Below, in pieces: positions 29,827 through 40,892 of a stretch of 64,000 bases of DNA (its first letter is position 1; every line of letters begins with the position of its first letter). The stretch covers positions 5,440,001 to 5,504,000 of the forward strand of contig OZ244744.1 in assembly GCA_965219455.1 (NCBI GenBank). The letters run 5' to 3'. The notes beneath the pieces were generated by a model. The model was given only the letters and a program-made list of their open reading frames with translations. It was not told where the DNA came from and did no database searches. Made by a program: the position numbers and the translations under genes. This DNA comes from Candidatus Latescibacterota bacterium. Its GTDB lineage: Bacteria; Latescibacterota; UBA2968; GCA-2709665.

Positions 29827-32283
29827 CTATAGAGTACGTGCGGTTTCAACCTGTTCATAGGCCTCGATCACGTCGCCCAGCTTGGTATCGTTGAAATTCT
29901 CCAGGCCGATACCGCATTCGAACCCCGACTGAACCTCCCTCACGTCGTCCTTGAACCTGCGCAGGGACCCAATCCGGCCCTCGTAGACCACAACATTGTC
30001 TCGCAGCACCCGAACCATGGCGCTGCGTGTCATTTTGCCGTTGGAGATGTAACAGCCGGCGATAATTCCGATCCGCGGCACCTGGAACGTCTCCCGGACC
30101 TCGGCTGATCCCACGACCTGTTCATCGATGTCCGGAGTGAGCAACCCGGAAAGCGCCGCCCTGATGTCTTCAACCGCTTCGTAAATCACCCGGTAGGAGC
30201 GAACGTCGACCCGCTCCTGAGCAACGACCTCGCGTGCACGGAGATCCGGCCGTACATTGAAGCCAATAATGATCGCATCAGAGGCGGAAGCGAGCAGGAC
30301 ATCGGATTCCGACACCGCGCCTACCCCGCGGTGAATCACGTTGATCCGGACTTCGTCGCTGGGGATCTGCATCAGGGAATCGTGAAGCGCTTCTACGGAT
30401 CCGTCGACGTCGCCCTTGAGAATCAGGCGCAACTCCTGAACCTGTCCGGCCTTGATCTGATCGTGAATGTCAACCAGGCTCACCCTGCGTATCCGATGGG
30501 CCTCCCGCTCCCGGCGCAGCCTTTGCCTTTTCTGGCTGATTTCCCGGGCGGTGCGTTCGTTTTCAACGGAGTAAAAAGAATCTCCGGCCTGAGGCAGTCC
30601 GGACAGGCCGAGCACCTGAACCGGCACCGACGGTCCCACTTCGGGAACCCGATGACCGCGCTCGTCCAAAAGGGCCCTCGCCCTGCCGCTGTAAAGCCCC
30701 GTGACAAAGGTATCGCCGACTTTGAGCGTTCCCTCCTGCACAAGCACGGTCGCCACATTGCCGCGGCCGCGGTCGAGACTCGCCTCCACAATGGCGCCCT
30801 TGGCGCGTCTATCGGGGTTGGCCTTAAGCTCAAGCAGATCCGTTTCCAGGGCTAGTAACTCCAGCAAATCGTTGATATTCTCGCCGGTCTTTGCGGAGAT
30901 CTCACAGGACTGGACTTTGCCACCGTAGTCTTCAAGGAGGACGTTGTGTTCCGTCAGTTGCCGCTTAATGCGATCCACGTCCGCGCCGGGAAGGTCTATC
31001 TTGTTGATGGCCAGCACGATCGGTACGCCCGCGGCACGGGCATGGTCGATGGCTTCAACAGTCTGCGGCATCACATTGTCGTCGGCCGCCACAATCAGGA
31101 CGACCACGTCCGTCACCTGGGCGCCCCTCGCACGCATTGCAGTGAAAGCTTCGTGACCGGGCGTATCGAGGAACGTCACCATCCGGTCGTTGTCGAGTTT
31201 CACGTGATAGGCGCCGATGTGTTGGGTAATGCCCCCGGCCTCGCCCGCGACCACGTTGGTATTCCGAACATAGTCCAGAAGAGATGTTTTTCCGTGGTCT
31301 ACATGGCCCATAATGGTCACCACTGGCGGACGCGGCTTGACATCGCCTTCCACGTCTTCGTCTTCCTGCTCGAGCACCTCTTCAGCAAATTCCTGGAGCT
31401 CTTCAACGTCAACTCCGAACTCGTCGGCAACCAGGGTAATGGTGTCCATATCCAGCCGCTGGTTGATGGTGACCATGAGGCCCAGGATGAGACACTGTTT
31501 GATCACATCGGTGAGCGGTATATCCATCAGTGCCGACAGTTCACCGACTGTGGTAAACTCGCTGACCTTGATGACACGGTCTACACCGACCTCCTCGTCG
31601 ACTTCCGTGTCGTCTCTGCGACGACGTCGACGTGACCGCGTAGTACCGGACTCCATCTGTGCCATCGTGCGACGTACACTGGCTTCGACTTCAACCTGGT
31701 CGGTGGCGGGTCTGCCGCGCTTCCGTCGGCGTCGCTTGCCTTCGCCACGATCGGGGGCGGGCTTATCCTGCGGTTTCGGCGTTCCGGCTTGCGGGCCCGG
31801 GCCCGCCTTGTCAATGACCTCGACCGACGGTTCTCTTCGCGATAAATCGCGCCTTCGCCGCCGCGTTGCCTGGTCGTCGCGAATTTCATGAATCTCAACA
31901 GCCGCTCTGACGGGCTCGGCCGGCCTGGGGGTGTCCGCTGTTTTGGGTGCGGGCTTTTTGGCGCTTCGCGCTTTAGGTTTGACCTGTGTCTTCGGAACTT
32001 CCTTCTTGGCTTCCTGACGTTGTTTTTTCTGGGCGGACTTGCGTTTGATTTCCTGACGAGAGGCGTTCCGTTCCTCCTCGAATTTGCCCTGAATGCTTTC
32101 AACCATCTCCGTTGTACATATAGCCATGTGGTTCTTGACATCGAACCCCAGACCTCTGACGACTTCGACCATCGCAACACTGGAGAGATTGAACTCCCGC
32201 GCCACCTCATAGATGCGCCGTTTTTTGTCATCGGCGGTATCGGATTCCGCCGTAACGGTCTTTGCGGGCGCCTGTCTGATCAT
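29827..32283 (-). CDS. infB: Translation initiation factor IF-2
   Basis: [17 protein letters not shown] and NKID motifs. ATG 32283 follows GGAGGT; alternative GTG at 32295. Confidence 0.97.
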   Translation of the reverse strand: MIRQAPAKTVTAESDTADDKKRRIYEVAREFNLSSVAMVEVVRGLGFDVKNHMAICTTEMVESIQGKFEEERNASRQEIKRKSAQKKQRQEAKKEVPKTQVKPKARSAKKPAPKTADTPRPAEPVRAAVEIHEIRDDQATRRRRRDLSRREPSVEVIDKAGPGPQAGTPKPQDKPAPDRGEGKRRRRKRGRPATDQVEVEASVRRTMAQMESGTTRSRRRRRRDDTEVDEEVGVDRVIKVSEFTTVGELSALMDIPLTDVIKQCLILGLMVTINQRLDMDTITLVADEFGVDVEELQEFAEEVLEQEDEDVEGDVKPRPPVVTIMGHVDHGKTSLLDYVRNTNVVAGEAGGITQHIGAYHVKLDNDRMVTFLDTPGHEAFTAMRARGAQVTDVVVLIVAADDNVMPQTVEAIDHARAAGVPIVLAINKIDLPGADVDRIKRQLTEHNVLLEDYGGKVQSCEISAKTGENINDLLELLALETDLLELKANPDRRAKGAIVEASLDRGRGNVATVLVQEGTLKVGDTFVTGLYSGRARALLDERGHRVPEVGPSVPVQVLGLSGLPQAGDSFYSVENERTAREISQKRQRLRREREAHRIRRVSLVDIHDQIKAGQVQELRLILKGDVDGSVEALHDSLMQIPSDEVRINVIHRGVGAVSESDVLLASASDAIIIGFNVRPDLRAREVVAQERVDVRSYRVIYEAVEDIRAALSGLLTPDIDEQVVGSAEVRETFQVPRIGIIAGCYISNGKMTRSAMVRVLRDNVVVYEGRIGSLRRFKDDVREVQSGFECGIGLENFNDTKLGDVIEAYEQVETARTL

Positions 32284-32291
32284 GGTCCGAT

Positions 32292-33785
32292 TCACCTCCC
32301 CTCAGATTCTGTTGGGCCGCCGACCTTATCGTCGTCCGATGCCGTCGCTTCGACCGCTTCGCTTTCTTCTGAAAGTTCAATTTCGTCGTCCATCACCGGC
32401 TCACCACCCGATTCGTCCGCAGCTGCGGCTGCCGCTGCTGCGGCTTCTTCCTCGGCGATACGAGCCGCTTCCTCAGCGATACGAGCTGCTTCCTCAGCCC
32501 GCTGCTTTTCGAGTTCCTCTCGGTAGGTCTGCACCTTGACGGATACGACCTTCTCCGCTGCGCCCTGGACCTTTTCACCGGTGGACTCACCGATTCCGGG
32601 CACGTCGAGCAACCGGACAAGCGAGACATCCACAAGATCGTTGGCGGACAATATTCCCGCGGCCTCGAGACGTTCGAGCATCACTTTACCCACACCTGTG
32701 ACTTCCGTTAACGGTACAAACGTCGCCGCCTTCTCCAACTGCAGTTCCTGGAACCGGGTCTCGGTGATAATATCTACCTTCCAGCCCGTCAGTTGCGCGG
32801 CCAGGCGGGCGTTCTGCCCCGATTTGCCAATGGCGAGCGACAACTGGTCGTCTTCGACGATTGCCGTCATCGCTGTTTTGTTTCGGTCGACCACCACACG
32901 CTTGACCGTGGCGGGACTGAGCCCACGGGACAGGAAGATGGCTTCGTCGTCGCTCCAGGGGACGATGTCGATCCGCTCGTTGCTCAATTCCCGCACCACC
33001 GCCTGGACCCGGGAACCTTTCATCCCGACGCAGGCGCCAACCGGATCGATACGGGCGTCGTTCGAATAGACCGCGATCTTCGCCCTTTCTCCCGGTTCAC
33101 GAGCAACCGCCTTAATTTCGATGATACCCTCATAGATTTCAGGGACTTCGAACTGGAAAAGCTTGACCAGAAACTGCGGGTGGGTCCGGGACAGGACCAC
33201 CTGCGGCCCCTTGGATGTGCGGAGAACGTTTACCAGATAGGCGCGGATGGGATCTCCCTGACGGTAGCGCTCTTTTCGAATCTGCTCCTTGAGGGGGATA
33301 ACCGCCTCCGTGCGGCCAAGGTTAATCAGAATATCGCCATGGCTGATCTGCTGGACGGTGCCGCTGATGATTTCTCCGAGTCGATTCTGGTAATCCTCGT
33401 AGATCTTCTCCCGTTCGGCTTCCCGAACTCGCTGGATCAGGATCTGTTTGGTAGACTGAATGGCATTCCGACCGAAATCGGCAAACCGGAGCAACTCCTT
33501 GATTTCGCCGTTGATTTTGACGTCGGGTTCGACCTCGCGGGCAGCCGTAAGTCCGATCTGCAAGGCAGGATCATCGACTTCGTCGTCATTGACGACGGAT
33601 TTGGTGGCGAAGACCTGGATATCGCCGGAATTGAGGTCGATGTCCACCTCGACGTTGTCCGACGTGCCGAACCGCCTCTTGGTTGCGGAGAGCAGCCCGA
33701 TTTCCAGGGTTTCGATCACCATCGCCTTGTCAACGTTCTTTTCCTGAGCAATCTGGCCCAGCGCCTCCAGGACTTCATAGTTCAA
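32292..33785 (-). CDS. nusA: Transcription termination/antitermination factor NusA
   Basis: S1 and KH domains, DPVGACVGMKGSRV and AIGKSGQNARLA motifs. Confidence 0.97.
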   Translation of the reverse strand: MNYEVLEALGQIAQEKNVDKAMVIETLEIGLLSATKRRFGTSDNVEVDIDLNSGDIQVFATKSVVNDDEVDDPALQIGLTAAREVEPDVKINGEIKELLRFADFGRNAIQSTKQILIQRVREAEREKIYEDYQNRLGEIISGTVQQISHGDILINLGRTEAVIPLKEQIRKERYRQGDPIRAYLVNVLRTSKGPQVVLSRTHPQFLVKLFQFEVPEIYEGIIEIKAVAREPGERAKIAVYSNDARIDPVGACVGMKGSRVQAVVRELSNERIDIVPWSDDEAIFLSRGLSPATVKRVVVDRNKTAMTAIVEDDQLSLAIGKSGQNARLAAQLTGWKVDIITETRFQELQLEKAATFVPLTEVTGVGKVMLERLEAAGILSANDLVDVSLVRLLDVPGIGESTGEKVQGAAEKVVSVKVQTYREELEKQRAEEAARIAEEAARIAEEEAAAAAAAAADESGGEPVMDDEIELSEESEAVEATASDDDKVGGPTESEGR

Positions 33786-33797
33786 AAGGACATCTCC

Positions 33798-34247
33798 TCA
33801 AAATTCGAAATGGAGGTTGGCTTTTCTGATTTCGGCGGCCGGAACGCCCCGGGGTTCACCATCTACCGTCAGTTCAAGCTCCGGCCCGTCGTATCGCGTC
33901 AACTGGCCAATCAGTACCCGCCCGCCTTCAAGTATTACCTTAACGGTCCGACCGAGAGCCCGTTTGTAGTCGCGATCGGACTTGAGGGGCCTGTCCAGCC
34001 CGGGCGAGGAGACCTCGAGGACGTATCGCCCGTCAATTGGATCGTGGGTATCCAGGACATCCGCGATCCCGCGGCTGAGGCGCGCGCATTCACCTACGGT
34101 GATTCCGTTGATACAATCCACGTCAATGCGCAGCATTCTGTTCCGGGGACTACCGGTGAACTGCAGGTCAACCAGATCCGCGCCCTGATCCTCCAGATAG
34201 AGCTCAATCAGCTTTTCGATGGATTCCTGCAGCGCCGGATCGTTCAT
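33798..34247 (-). CDS. rimP: Ribosome maturation factor RimP
   Basis: YVLEVSSPGLDRPL motif. Confidence 0.95.
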   Translation of the reverse strand: MNDPALQESIEKLIELYLEDQGADLVDLQFTGSPRNRMLRIDVDCINGITVGECARLSRGIADVLDTHDPIDGRYVLEVSSPGLDRPLKSDRDYKRALGRTVKVILEGGRVLIGQLTRYDGPELELTVDGEPRGVPAAEIRKANLHFEF

Positions 34248-34279
34248 AAACCAGGAACACGAATGGAGGTCCAGATATT

Positions 34280-34351
34280 CAAAAGAGCGGGCACCCGCCC
34301 ACTCTCGCTGTTCAGAGCACTAAATATATGGTATTTCACGCTATAGCGCAA
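34280..34351 (-). promoter_or_regulatory. Sigma70-like promoter and rimP leader hairpin
   Basis: TTGCGC-17bp-TATATT (34351-34323), followed by the hairpin GAGAGTGGGCGGGTGCCCGCTCTTTTG typical of rimP leaders. Confidence 0.6.
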
Positions 34352-34377
34352 GGATAAATTTCCACCAGGGTACCCGC

Positions 34378-34740
34378 TTATCCACCTCCGTCGACAAGGT
34401 TCTTGAGTTCCCTGAGCATCTCGCGCATCTCCGAGACAACCTCATTCGGACCCGTCGGTAGATTCGATTCGGACGTCTCCGCTTCGATAGACAGGTCTCT
34501 CCACAGAGAGGGGTCTTCCTTAAGCCGATCGCGGGCGCCCTGAAGCGTGTACTTTTCACCCTGCCTCAGCCGCTTGATGGCCAGGACGATTCTGAGGTCC
34601 CGCTCCCGGTAGAGCCGATTTTTGGAGCGGCCCCGCCTCGGCCGGAGCATGGGAAATTCCTTTTCCCAATAGCGCAGTACCTGCGGTTCAATACCGGTTT
34701 TTTCAGCCACTTCCCGGATGGAAAAGTAGATCTTGTTCAT
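34378..34740 (-). CDS. MerR-family HTH regulator
   Basis: YFSIREVA...VLRYWEKEF...RLY motif. Confidence 0.9.
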   Translation of the reverse strand: MNKIYFSIREVAEKTGIEPQVLRYWEKEFPMLRPRRGRSKNRLYRERDLRIVLAIKRLRQGEKYTLQGARDRLKEDPSLWRDLSIEAETSESNLPTGPNEVVSEMREMLRELKNLVDGGG

Positions 34741-34747
34741 TACGATG

Positions 34748-36067
34748 TCATCGCTTTTTTTTGAACATGACCCGTACCGGGGTCCCTTTCAGATCGAATC
34801 GCTCCCGCAAGCGGCGTTCGAGAAAACGTCGATAGTGTTCGGGCACGTCGCGTGGCCTGGTGGTAAAGAAAATCACCGTGGGCGGCTCGGCCATCGGTTG
34901 AACACAATAGTACATCTTTGACGCCCGGCCCCTCTTGGTGGGCGGCGGGTGTGACGCGTTGACTTCCTCCAGAAGGCGGTTCAAGGCGGAAGTGGCAACG
35001 CGCAAGCGTCGTTTGTCGTAAACCTCAAGCGCCGACTCCACCACCTTCCATGCGCGCTGACCGGATAGAGCCGATAGAAAAAAGATCGGAAAATCCCGTA
35101 ACGAGGGAAACCGACCGGTTATATCCTGCGTTTGCACAATTGCCGTCTTGTCGTCTTTCTCGATCAGATCCCACTTATTCATCGCCAGCAGCGCGCCCTT
35201 CCCCAATTCGGTCGCGTCGCCGAGTATCTTGACATCCTGAAGTGTGATCCCTTCGTCCGCGTCTGCAATGACAATGGCGACGTCGCAACGCTCCAGGCTT
35301 GTTCGGGTGCGCACGGTACTGTAATATTCGACCTGCTCTTTCACCTTCGTGCGCCTGCGAAGCCCCGCAGTATCGATCAGCAGGAAATCGCGGCCGTTTC
35401 GCTTCATCGGCAGATCGATCGCATCTCGCGTGGTGCCGGGAATCGGGCTGACCACCATCCGATTTTCACCTGACAGCCGATTGATAAATGTGGACTTTCC
35501 GACATTTGGCCTGCCCACCACCGCAATTCGCGGCGGACCGGCATCTTCTTCCGGGGCCGGATCGGTTTCCGGTATAAGCGAGACCACCTCATCCAGAAGA
35601 TCGCCTGCCATCCGCCCGCTCAGCGCCGACACGGGAACGGGCTCGCCGAGGGCCAGGCCGTAGAAACCGGCCACGTCCGGCACGTCGCGCTCCGAATCCA
35701 CTTTGTTGACAACCGGCAGGCACGGTGTCCCGTTCAGGCGTACCAGACGCGCGATGGCCGCGTCATCGTCGGTCGGACCGGTCTTGGCATCCAGGACCAG
35801 CAGGATCACATCCGCTTCGGCCACGGCCACCTCTATCTGATCCCCGACGGATTGCGCAATGCCCGCCCCCGGATTGAGCGTATAGCCGCCCGTGTCCACC
35901 AGCGTGAAGACCCGACGATTCCAGGCGACCTCCGCATAGTTTCGATCTCTGGTCACACCGGGCAAATCGTCTACGACGGCCCGGCGATATCCCAGAAACC
36001 GATTGAATAGGGTGGACTTCCCCACGTTGGGGCGCCCGACAATTGCAACGACTCGTCGCCTCGGCAA
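34748..36067 (-). CDS. der: Ribosome biogenesis GTPase Der
   Basis: Two tandem GRPNVGKS G-domains with DTGG/DTAG, and a KH-like C-terminus. Confidence 0.96.
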   Translation of the reverse strand: MPRRRVVAIVGRPNVGKSTLFNRFLGYRRAVVDDLPGVTRDRNYAEVAWNRRVFTLVDTGGYTLNPGAGIAQSVGDQIEVAVAEADVILLVLDAKTGPTDDDAAIARLVRLNGTPCLPVVNKVDSERDVPDVAGFYGLALGEPVPVSALSGRMAGDLLDEVVSLIPETDPAPEEDAGPPRIAVVGRPNVGKSTFINRLSGENRMVVSPIPGTTRDAIDLPMKRNGRDFLLIDTAGLRRRTKVKEQVEYYSTVRTRTSLERCDVAIVIADADEGITLQDVKILGDATELGKGALLAMNKWDLIEKDDKTAIVQTQDITGRFPSLRDFPIFFLSALSGQRAWKVVESALEVYDKRRLRVATSALNRLLEEVNASHPPPTKRGRASKMYYCVQPMAEPPTVIFFTTRPRDVPEHYRRFLERRLRERFDLKGTPVRVMFKKKR

Positions 36068-36092
36068 GAAATGGTCTCCTGTGTATGCCGCG

Positions 36093-37508
36093 TCATGCCA
36101 CCTGATGCGGCAGTATATACGGATGCTGAGCGCTCACCTGATCGTCTTCCGCGCCCGTGCGGGTATCGCCGCGGGCGGCCCGCGCCGCCGTATCCGCAAG
36201 ATCGTAGGTTCCTATACAGACCTGGCGATTCAAGGCTTTTTCCAGATCCATGGGCGTCAGGTCGTCCAGAAACAGGCCGTGATGGCTCACGCAGTTGGGT
36301 GGCAGGATCACGAAATCGGTCTCCTGCCACTGCGTTTTCAGCGCGTCCAGCATATCCTGTCCGGTCAGCAGTCCCGAAACCGTGATACCCTCACCCAGAA
36401 AACGGTTTTTTACCTCCACGACATGCGCCGTCAACCAGGGGATGCGGTTCAGACGCTCCGCCATTGGCCGGATGAATTCCGCGCCGAGCACGCTTGTGAC
36501 CAGCGTCATCGAGACCGGTCGGCAATTCAGCGATTCGAGCGCGGGTACCCCCGCTTCGAAGCAATCCGTGAACCGGCGCACCATTCCCACACCGTTCTCT
36601 ACAAGCGGAAAGCCGTCGTAGTGGGCGGCCTCTGGGATTCTCCGGCCGGCCATCAGATAGAATTCGTCACCAAAATATACGAAGTTGACGCCGAACTTCC
36701 CTTGAAGACGACGCTGCCACTCCGCAGCCTGGTCCAGGCACTCGATGGCAACCTCCGGCGTTACCGGATCCAGGCGGGGCAGATTCCGGCGGAATCGGGT
36801 CAACCCCAGTGGAACAATGCCCACGGATTCTACGGATGGGTACCATCGGGCCAGATCGAACACCGTGCGCTTGACGTGCTCTCCGTCGTTAAGACCCGGG
36901 CACAGAACGACTTGCGCATGCATTTGAATGTTGTGGCTGGACAGGTAGCCGATGCGCTCCATTACATCCACCGGCTCCGTCCGTCCCAACAACGTTGCCC
37001 TGAGTTCCGGATCGGTCGCATGGACAGAAATGTACATAGGGCTTAGACGCTGTTCGACAATCCTCTGAAATTCCGCTTCCGACAGGTTCGTGAGCGTGAC
37101 GTATGCACCGTGGAGAAACGAAAGTCTGTAGTCGTCGTCCTGGTAGTAGAGGGTCTTTCGCATCTTCCTGGGCATCTGATGGAGAAAACAGAAGACGCAT
37201 TTGTTGTTGCATTTGATGATGGGCATGTCCGCCAAGGTCACGCCAAGGTCATCGTCCGTTTCCTTTTCAATATCCACCACAATGACGTCGTCTCCCCGCC
37301 GGAGAACGACCTCCACCGTCTCTTCGGCGACGTGGAAACGATAGTCGATGGGGTCGTGTACGGGTTCCCCGTTGATGGCCTCGATGACGTCTCCGGGCCG
37401 GATGCCAACGGCCTCTCCGATACCTCCGGAGACGACCTCCTCCACACCAAGACCCACCACCGCTTCGTCGACCTGAGGCAGCCCCTCTACCTGACCTGAT
37501 TTCTTCAT
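36093..37508 (-). CDS. PDZ + DUF512 putative Fe-S (radical-SAM-like) protein
   Basis: N-terminal PDZ, CNNKCVFC, DDDYRLSFL, VLCPGLNDG and ENGVG motifs. Confidence 0.88.
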   Translation of the reverse strand: MKKSGQVEGLPQVDEAVVGLGVEEVVSGGIGEAVGIRPGDVIEAINGEPVHDPIDYRFHVAEETVEVVLRRGDDVIVVDIEKETDDDLGVTLADMPIIKCNNKCVFCFLHQMPRKMRKTLYYQDDDYRLSFLHGAYVTLTNLSEAEFQRIVEQRLSPMYISVHATDPELRATLLGRTEPVDVMERIGYLSSHNIQMHAQVVLCPGLNDGEHVKRTVFDLARWYPSVESVGIVPLGLTRFRRNLPRLDPVTPEVAIECLDQAAEWQRRLQGKFGVNFVYFGDEFYLMAGRRIPEAAHYDGFPLVENGVGMVRRFTDCFEAGVPALESLNCRPVSMTLVTSVLGAEFIRPMAERLNRIPWLTAHVVEVKNRFLGEGITVSGLLTGQDMLDALKTQWQETDFVILPPNCVSHHGLFLDDLTPMDLEKALNRQVCIGTYDLADTAARAARGDTRTGAEDDQVSAQHPYILPHQVA

Positions 37509-37701
37509 ATGGTTTTATATGTTCCTGTTAGAGAATAAAGTGCAGAAAAAACTTATACCATCACTTTGAAGTTAAAACAAACGGTGAAAAGGTCAAGAAA
37601 AATGTGGAGATCCATTCGCGTTTCACGTTGGATCCGGCCAACAACCCGGGTATTCGCCAACAAGCTGCGCTTCAAATTCCGCTCGTACTGACCCGCCCCC
37701 C

Positions 37702-38034
37702 TCAATCAACCGGTGGAGCCAATAGCCCGGGTCTGGTGCCGGCGACCTCGTTGAGAATCAGCGGATCCAGGTCGATGACGCGATGCAGGGTCTGTGCGTG
37801 AAAAAGCTGTCGGGCCGTCAGCCCCTCCGCTCCCGTAAATGTGGTCCTGCAGAGGTTCGTATTGCGGAAAACGACGTCTTCCAGGTCCGTTTCCTTTAAG
37901 GAGCCTTCACTCAGATCGCAATCGGTGAAATCGGCGCCAGACAGATCGGGCGTGAGGTCGGGATTCTCGGCCCGCCAGCGATTCCATGTCTGAACGCTTT
38001 TCCCGATGATGCTCAAATGGGTTGGATTGGCCAT
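37702..38034 (-). CDS. Short pentapeptide-repeat protein
   Basis: MANPTHL...WNRWR...PDLSGADF followed by A(D/N)L-type repeats. Confidence 0.65.
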   Translation of the reverse strand: MANPTHLSIIGKSVQTWNRWRAENPDLTPDLSGADFTDCDLSEGSLKETDLEDVVFRNTNLCRTTFTGAEGLTARQLFHAQTLHRVIDLDPLILNEVAGTRPGLLAPPVD

Positions 38035-38199
38035 TCTGTCGACTGCCTGAGGTAACGAAATCGATGTTGTGTCCCGTCCCGGAAATATGTCACCATTCAT
38101 CCGCCGATTCATCCCGTCTTGCTACGTCGCCTTGCCAGCCGGGCGACTCGACGGCCGAATTTCGGCAATCTATTTCCGGGACAGAACACTGCGGGACGT

Positions 38200-39099
38200 T
38201 TACGATGTGAGCGTGTTGACGAAATAGCCCAGAAAGCGCTCCGAGTCCACATCCACGCACACCTCTGCGTTGGCGTCGCGTTTATCGGATCTGATCGGAA
38301 CTGTTGCGCCGTTGAGCCTGTCGGAACGTGTTTCAACGTGGATGGCGTCGGGCCGTGTATCGCAGATCGCGGGGTTAAAAACCATCGCGACGGCGAGCGG
38401 ATCGTGGAGTACAGGATGCGCCCTTCCCGAGCCCTTGCTCCACAATTGGATGAGCTCGAAGCACAGACGGTTGATGGGTCGGTCCACCATTCCGATCGCC
38501 TGTACCTGGGCGGTGTTCAGACGGCATTTTTCCGTGACATCCAGGCCCACCATGGTGATCGGAGCCCCGGCGCCGAAAACCACGTGCGCCGCTTCGGGAT
38601 CGCACAGGATGTTCCACTCGGCCCTCATTTGACCCACACATCCGCCCATCAGACAGATTGTCGTCTTCTGTGCCAGGCGAGGCTCCATCGTGAAGGCCGC
38701 TGCGATATTCGTCAGTGGCCCTATCGGCACAAGCGTAATGTCGCCATCGCCGCGCATTACCGTATCGATGATGAAATCGACGGCGCGCCCGGCGGCGGGC
38801 GCGGACGTTCCCGGGTATCGCTGAATCGCCTCCATCTGCCGCGGTCGATGCGATTCTATGGCTGCCTTTCCCTTCGATGCGGGATCGAACAACGGTTTCC
38901 CGAGACCCGCGAATACGGGAACGTCGCCCCTTCCAAGCGCGTCCAGGACGCAACAGGCCAGTTCGGCACGACGGGCCGTATCGCGGAATACGGTCGTTAC
39001 GCCGACAATCTCAATCTCCCCGCAAAGCAGCGCGAAAGTCAGCGCAAGCGCGTCGTCGACATCGTCTCCGATATCGGTATCCAGGATGATCTTTTTCAT
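38200..39099 (-). CDS. Inosine/uridine-preferring nucleoside hydrolase
   Basis: DTDIGDDVDD, IGPLTN, AEWN and LHDP motifs. Confidence 0.92.
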   Translation of the reverse strand: MKKIILDTDIGDDVDDALALTFALLCGEIEIVGVTTVFRDTARRAELACCVLDALGRGDVPVFAGLGKPLFDPASKGKAAIESHRPRQMEAIQRYPGTSAPAAGRAVDFIIDTVMRGDGDITLVPIGPLTNIAAAFTMEPRLAQKTTICLMGGCVGQMRAEWNILCDPEAAHVVFGAGAPITMVGLDVTEKCRLNTAQVQAIGMVDRPINRLCFELIQLWSKGSGRAHPVLHDPLAVAMVFNPAICDTRPDAIHVETRSDRLNGATVPIRSDKRDANAEVCVDVDSERFLGYFVNTLTS

Positions 39100-39166
39100 T
39101 TTTTGCCTTTCACGCAAACCCTTTATTGTTGAAATTCTACCACCCCCTAACGTCCCCTATTCCCTT

Positions 39167-39472
39167 GCCCTTTTTCTTGCTTCGCCCAAGAAAAAGGGCG
39201 AAAAAGAAGGGCGCCGCTCGGCGCGGGGCCGGTTTTTCCACGAATCTCGTAGGCGGTGTTGGCTGAAGCGTGTGCCCTACGAACGAATCCGGCCTCACGG
39301 TGTTACAATGCTAAACGGATCAGCGTGGAAAAACCCCCCACCCCACAACCGTACGCTCGATAGGCCTGCTTGAGGTCCTGTACGATAGTGACGTTGTACG
39401 ATAGAGCGCGGAACCAACCTCCACCCGCTTAGCGGGTGACCTGTTGTTCCCGGGTTTATGCGGAACAACAGG
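39167..39472. repeat. Cluster of perfect inverted repeats (structured non-coding element)
   Basis: Stems at 39167-39179/39187-39199, 39231-39242/39324-39335, 39422-39438 and 39440-39450/39462-39472. Confidence 0.6.
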
Positions 39473-39700
39473 GGACGCCTGGTTCCGGCGTTCGAGGTTG
39501 CTGGTGAGCGGCACGCCTTATGCCGCGAACAACAGCCCCCTCCACCCGGACCGGACGCGTTAGAGGTGATGCACTTTGCAGGGCATGGAAAACCCCCACT
39601 TCCCTGGTGGTCCTGGACCGAAAATATATTACTACTCTTCCGCCAATTCATCCCGCCTCGAGGCGTAGTGTTCGTTGCCTGCGCTGCTTGCCTTGCGTGT

Positions 39701-39769
39701 GCTGAGCCTGTCGAAGCAAACTTGTCGATACAATCCAGTCGAAATGTGGACGCTGAGCTTGTCGAAGCG
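39701..39769. repeat. REP-like repeats GCTGAGC(C/T)TGTCGAAGC
   Basis: Two copies here, with related copies at 61278-61290 and 61331-61345 (inverted). Confidence 0.55.
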
Positions 39770-39841
39770 CCCACGGTTCGCTACCGTTCGCTCTTCAGTG
39801 CCCTTCGCCATCGCACCAGTAGCCATTTCAGGTCCTGACAG

Positions 39842-40474
39842 TTACCCCATCAAGTCCACCGGATTCTCGGCGTCCACATGCCGCGCGCCGAAGTTGATGA
39901 GGTGCGCATTGTCATCGGAAGCCAACGCGAACACCGGTTTACCGCGTGTGAGCGCCTCCCGGCACAGCGCCTCAGTCTTGCCTCCCTTTTCCGCATGGGC
40001 GATCAAGACGGAATCCGCAAGCTCAGCGACGTATGCATTTCGCGCGGCCACCGTTGTTGCCGTGGCGCGGCGAATGTTGTCATTGAAAAAGGAGAGTAGC
40101 ATAAGTCTCCCCTCTCCAAGCGGGCGCTTCCAATACTTGGAGATCCGCATCCTGCCAAGTCCCCGCGCCGGACAGACAACGACACGGGCGGAACCCCGCA
40201 ACAGCAGGTCCAGAAATTCCCTTTCCATCGGGGACTGAAAACCCCCCACAACCGTCACGTCCGCATCCCGAAGCGCGCGTGCCAGATCAAAGGTCTTCAA
40301 GATTGCATCTCCGGGACAACGCACTGAACAGAAGAAACCGATCAACCGTCCCTCGAGTATCCCGGGATCCCCCAAAAGCGCAACCGGCGCCTCTCCCCCG
40401 GCGCCGGTGCATCGCCTAAGCACCGCCGGCATACCCGGCTCGATTGATTTGTAGCGTTTAATCATTCGAGGCAT
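39842..40474 (-). CDS. DprA/Smf-like (SLOG/Rossmann) protein
   Basis: FFCSVRCPG, GGFQSPME, ARNAYV and HAEKGGKT motifs. Confidence 0.8.
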   Translation of the reverse strand: MPRMIKRYKSIEPGMPAVLRRCTGAGGEAPVALLGDPGILEGRLIGFFCSVRCPGDAILKTFDLARALRDADVTVVGGFQSPMEREFLDLLLRGSARVVVCPARGLGRMRISKYWKRPLGEGRLMLLSFFNDNIRRATATTVAARNAYVAELADSVLIAHAEKGGKTEALCREALTRGKPVFALASDDNAHLINFGARHVDAENPVDLMG

Positions 40475-40502
40475 CTGTCCAGTCGTTAGAAATCGAAGCC
40501 GT

Positions 40503-40892
40503 CTACCGAAGGTGCTGTTTTACGGTCTCACGTATATTTCGAGCCAGTCGGTACATCCTTTGAGCAATTTCAATGGGTGGCTTCCCGGCGGGCAGGAGGC
40601 CCGACTCTACCGGATACCTCGAATCTGTGTACAGCTCATTCAGTTGAATAAGGAGATCCAATTCTACGTCGAGTCTGGCGTAATCTTGCGTGTGGCTATG
40701 GAGCATAATGAGATCATGTGTTCTCGGTGGTGTCTGTTCATGTTCTTCAAGAACGGCTTTGAACGATTTTTCGATAGCTTGCTGGCAGTGAAAAGCGACC
40801 ATGTGCGTTAATTCATCACGATGGATGATTTCCGCAACGACGGTCAGGTCATCGCCAGCCGATTCAAGCCACACTTTCGCTTGACTTTTCAT
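40503..40892 (-). CDS. HEPN domain protein (toxin)
   Basis: FHCQQAIEKSFKA, RTHDL and SRYP motifs. Confidence 0.9.
   Translation of the reverse strand: MKSQAKVWLESAGDDLTVVAEIIHRDELTHMVAFHCQQAIEKSFKAVLEEHEQTPPRTHDLIMLHSHTQDYARLDVELDLLIQLNELYTDSRYPVESGLLPAGKPPIEIAQRMYRLARNIRETVKQHLR

Noticed and set aside
32390-32500. Short repeats in the nusA 3' end (EEAARIA x2, poly-Ala)
   Set aside because: In-frame low-complexity acidic tail, common in NusA C-termini.
32793-34346. Long plus-strand ORF (517 aa) and similar antisense ORFs, e.g. 36003-37046, 38119-39132, 58424-59467
   Set aside because: Shadow frames opposite well-supported genes in GC-rich DNA, with no motifs.
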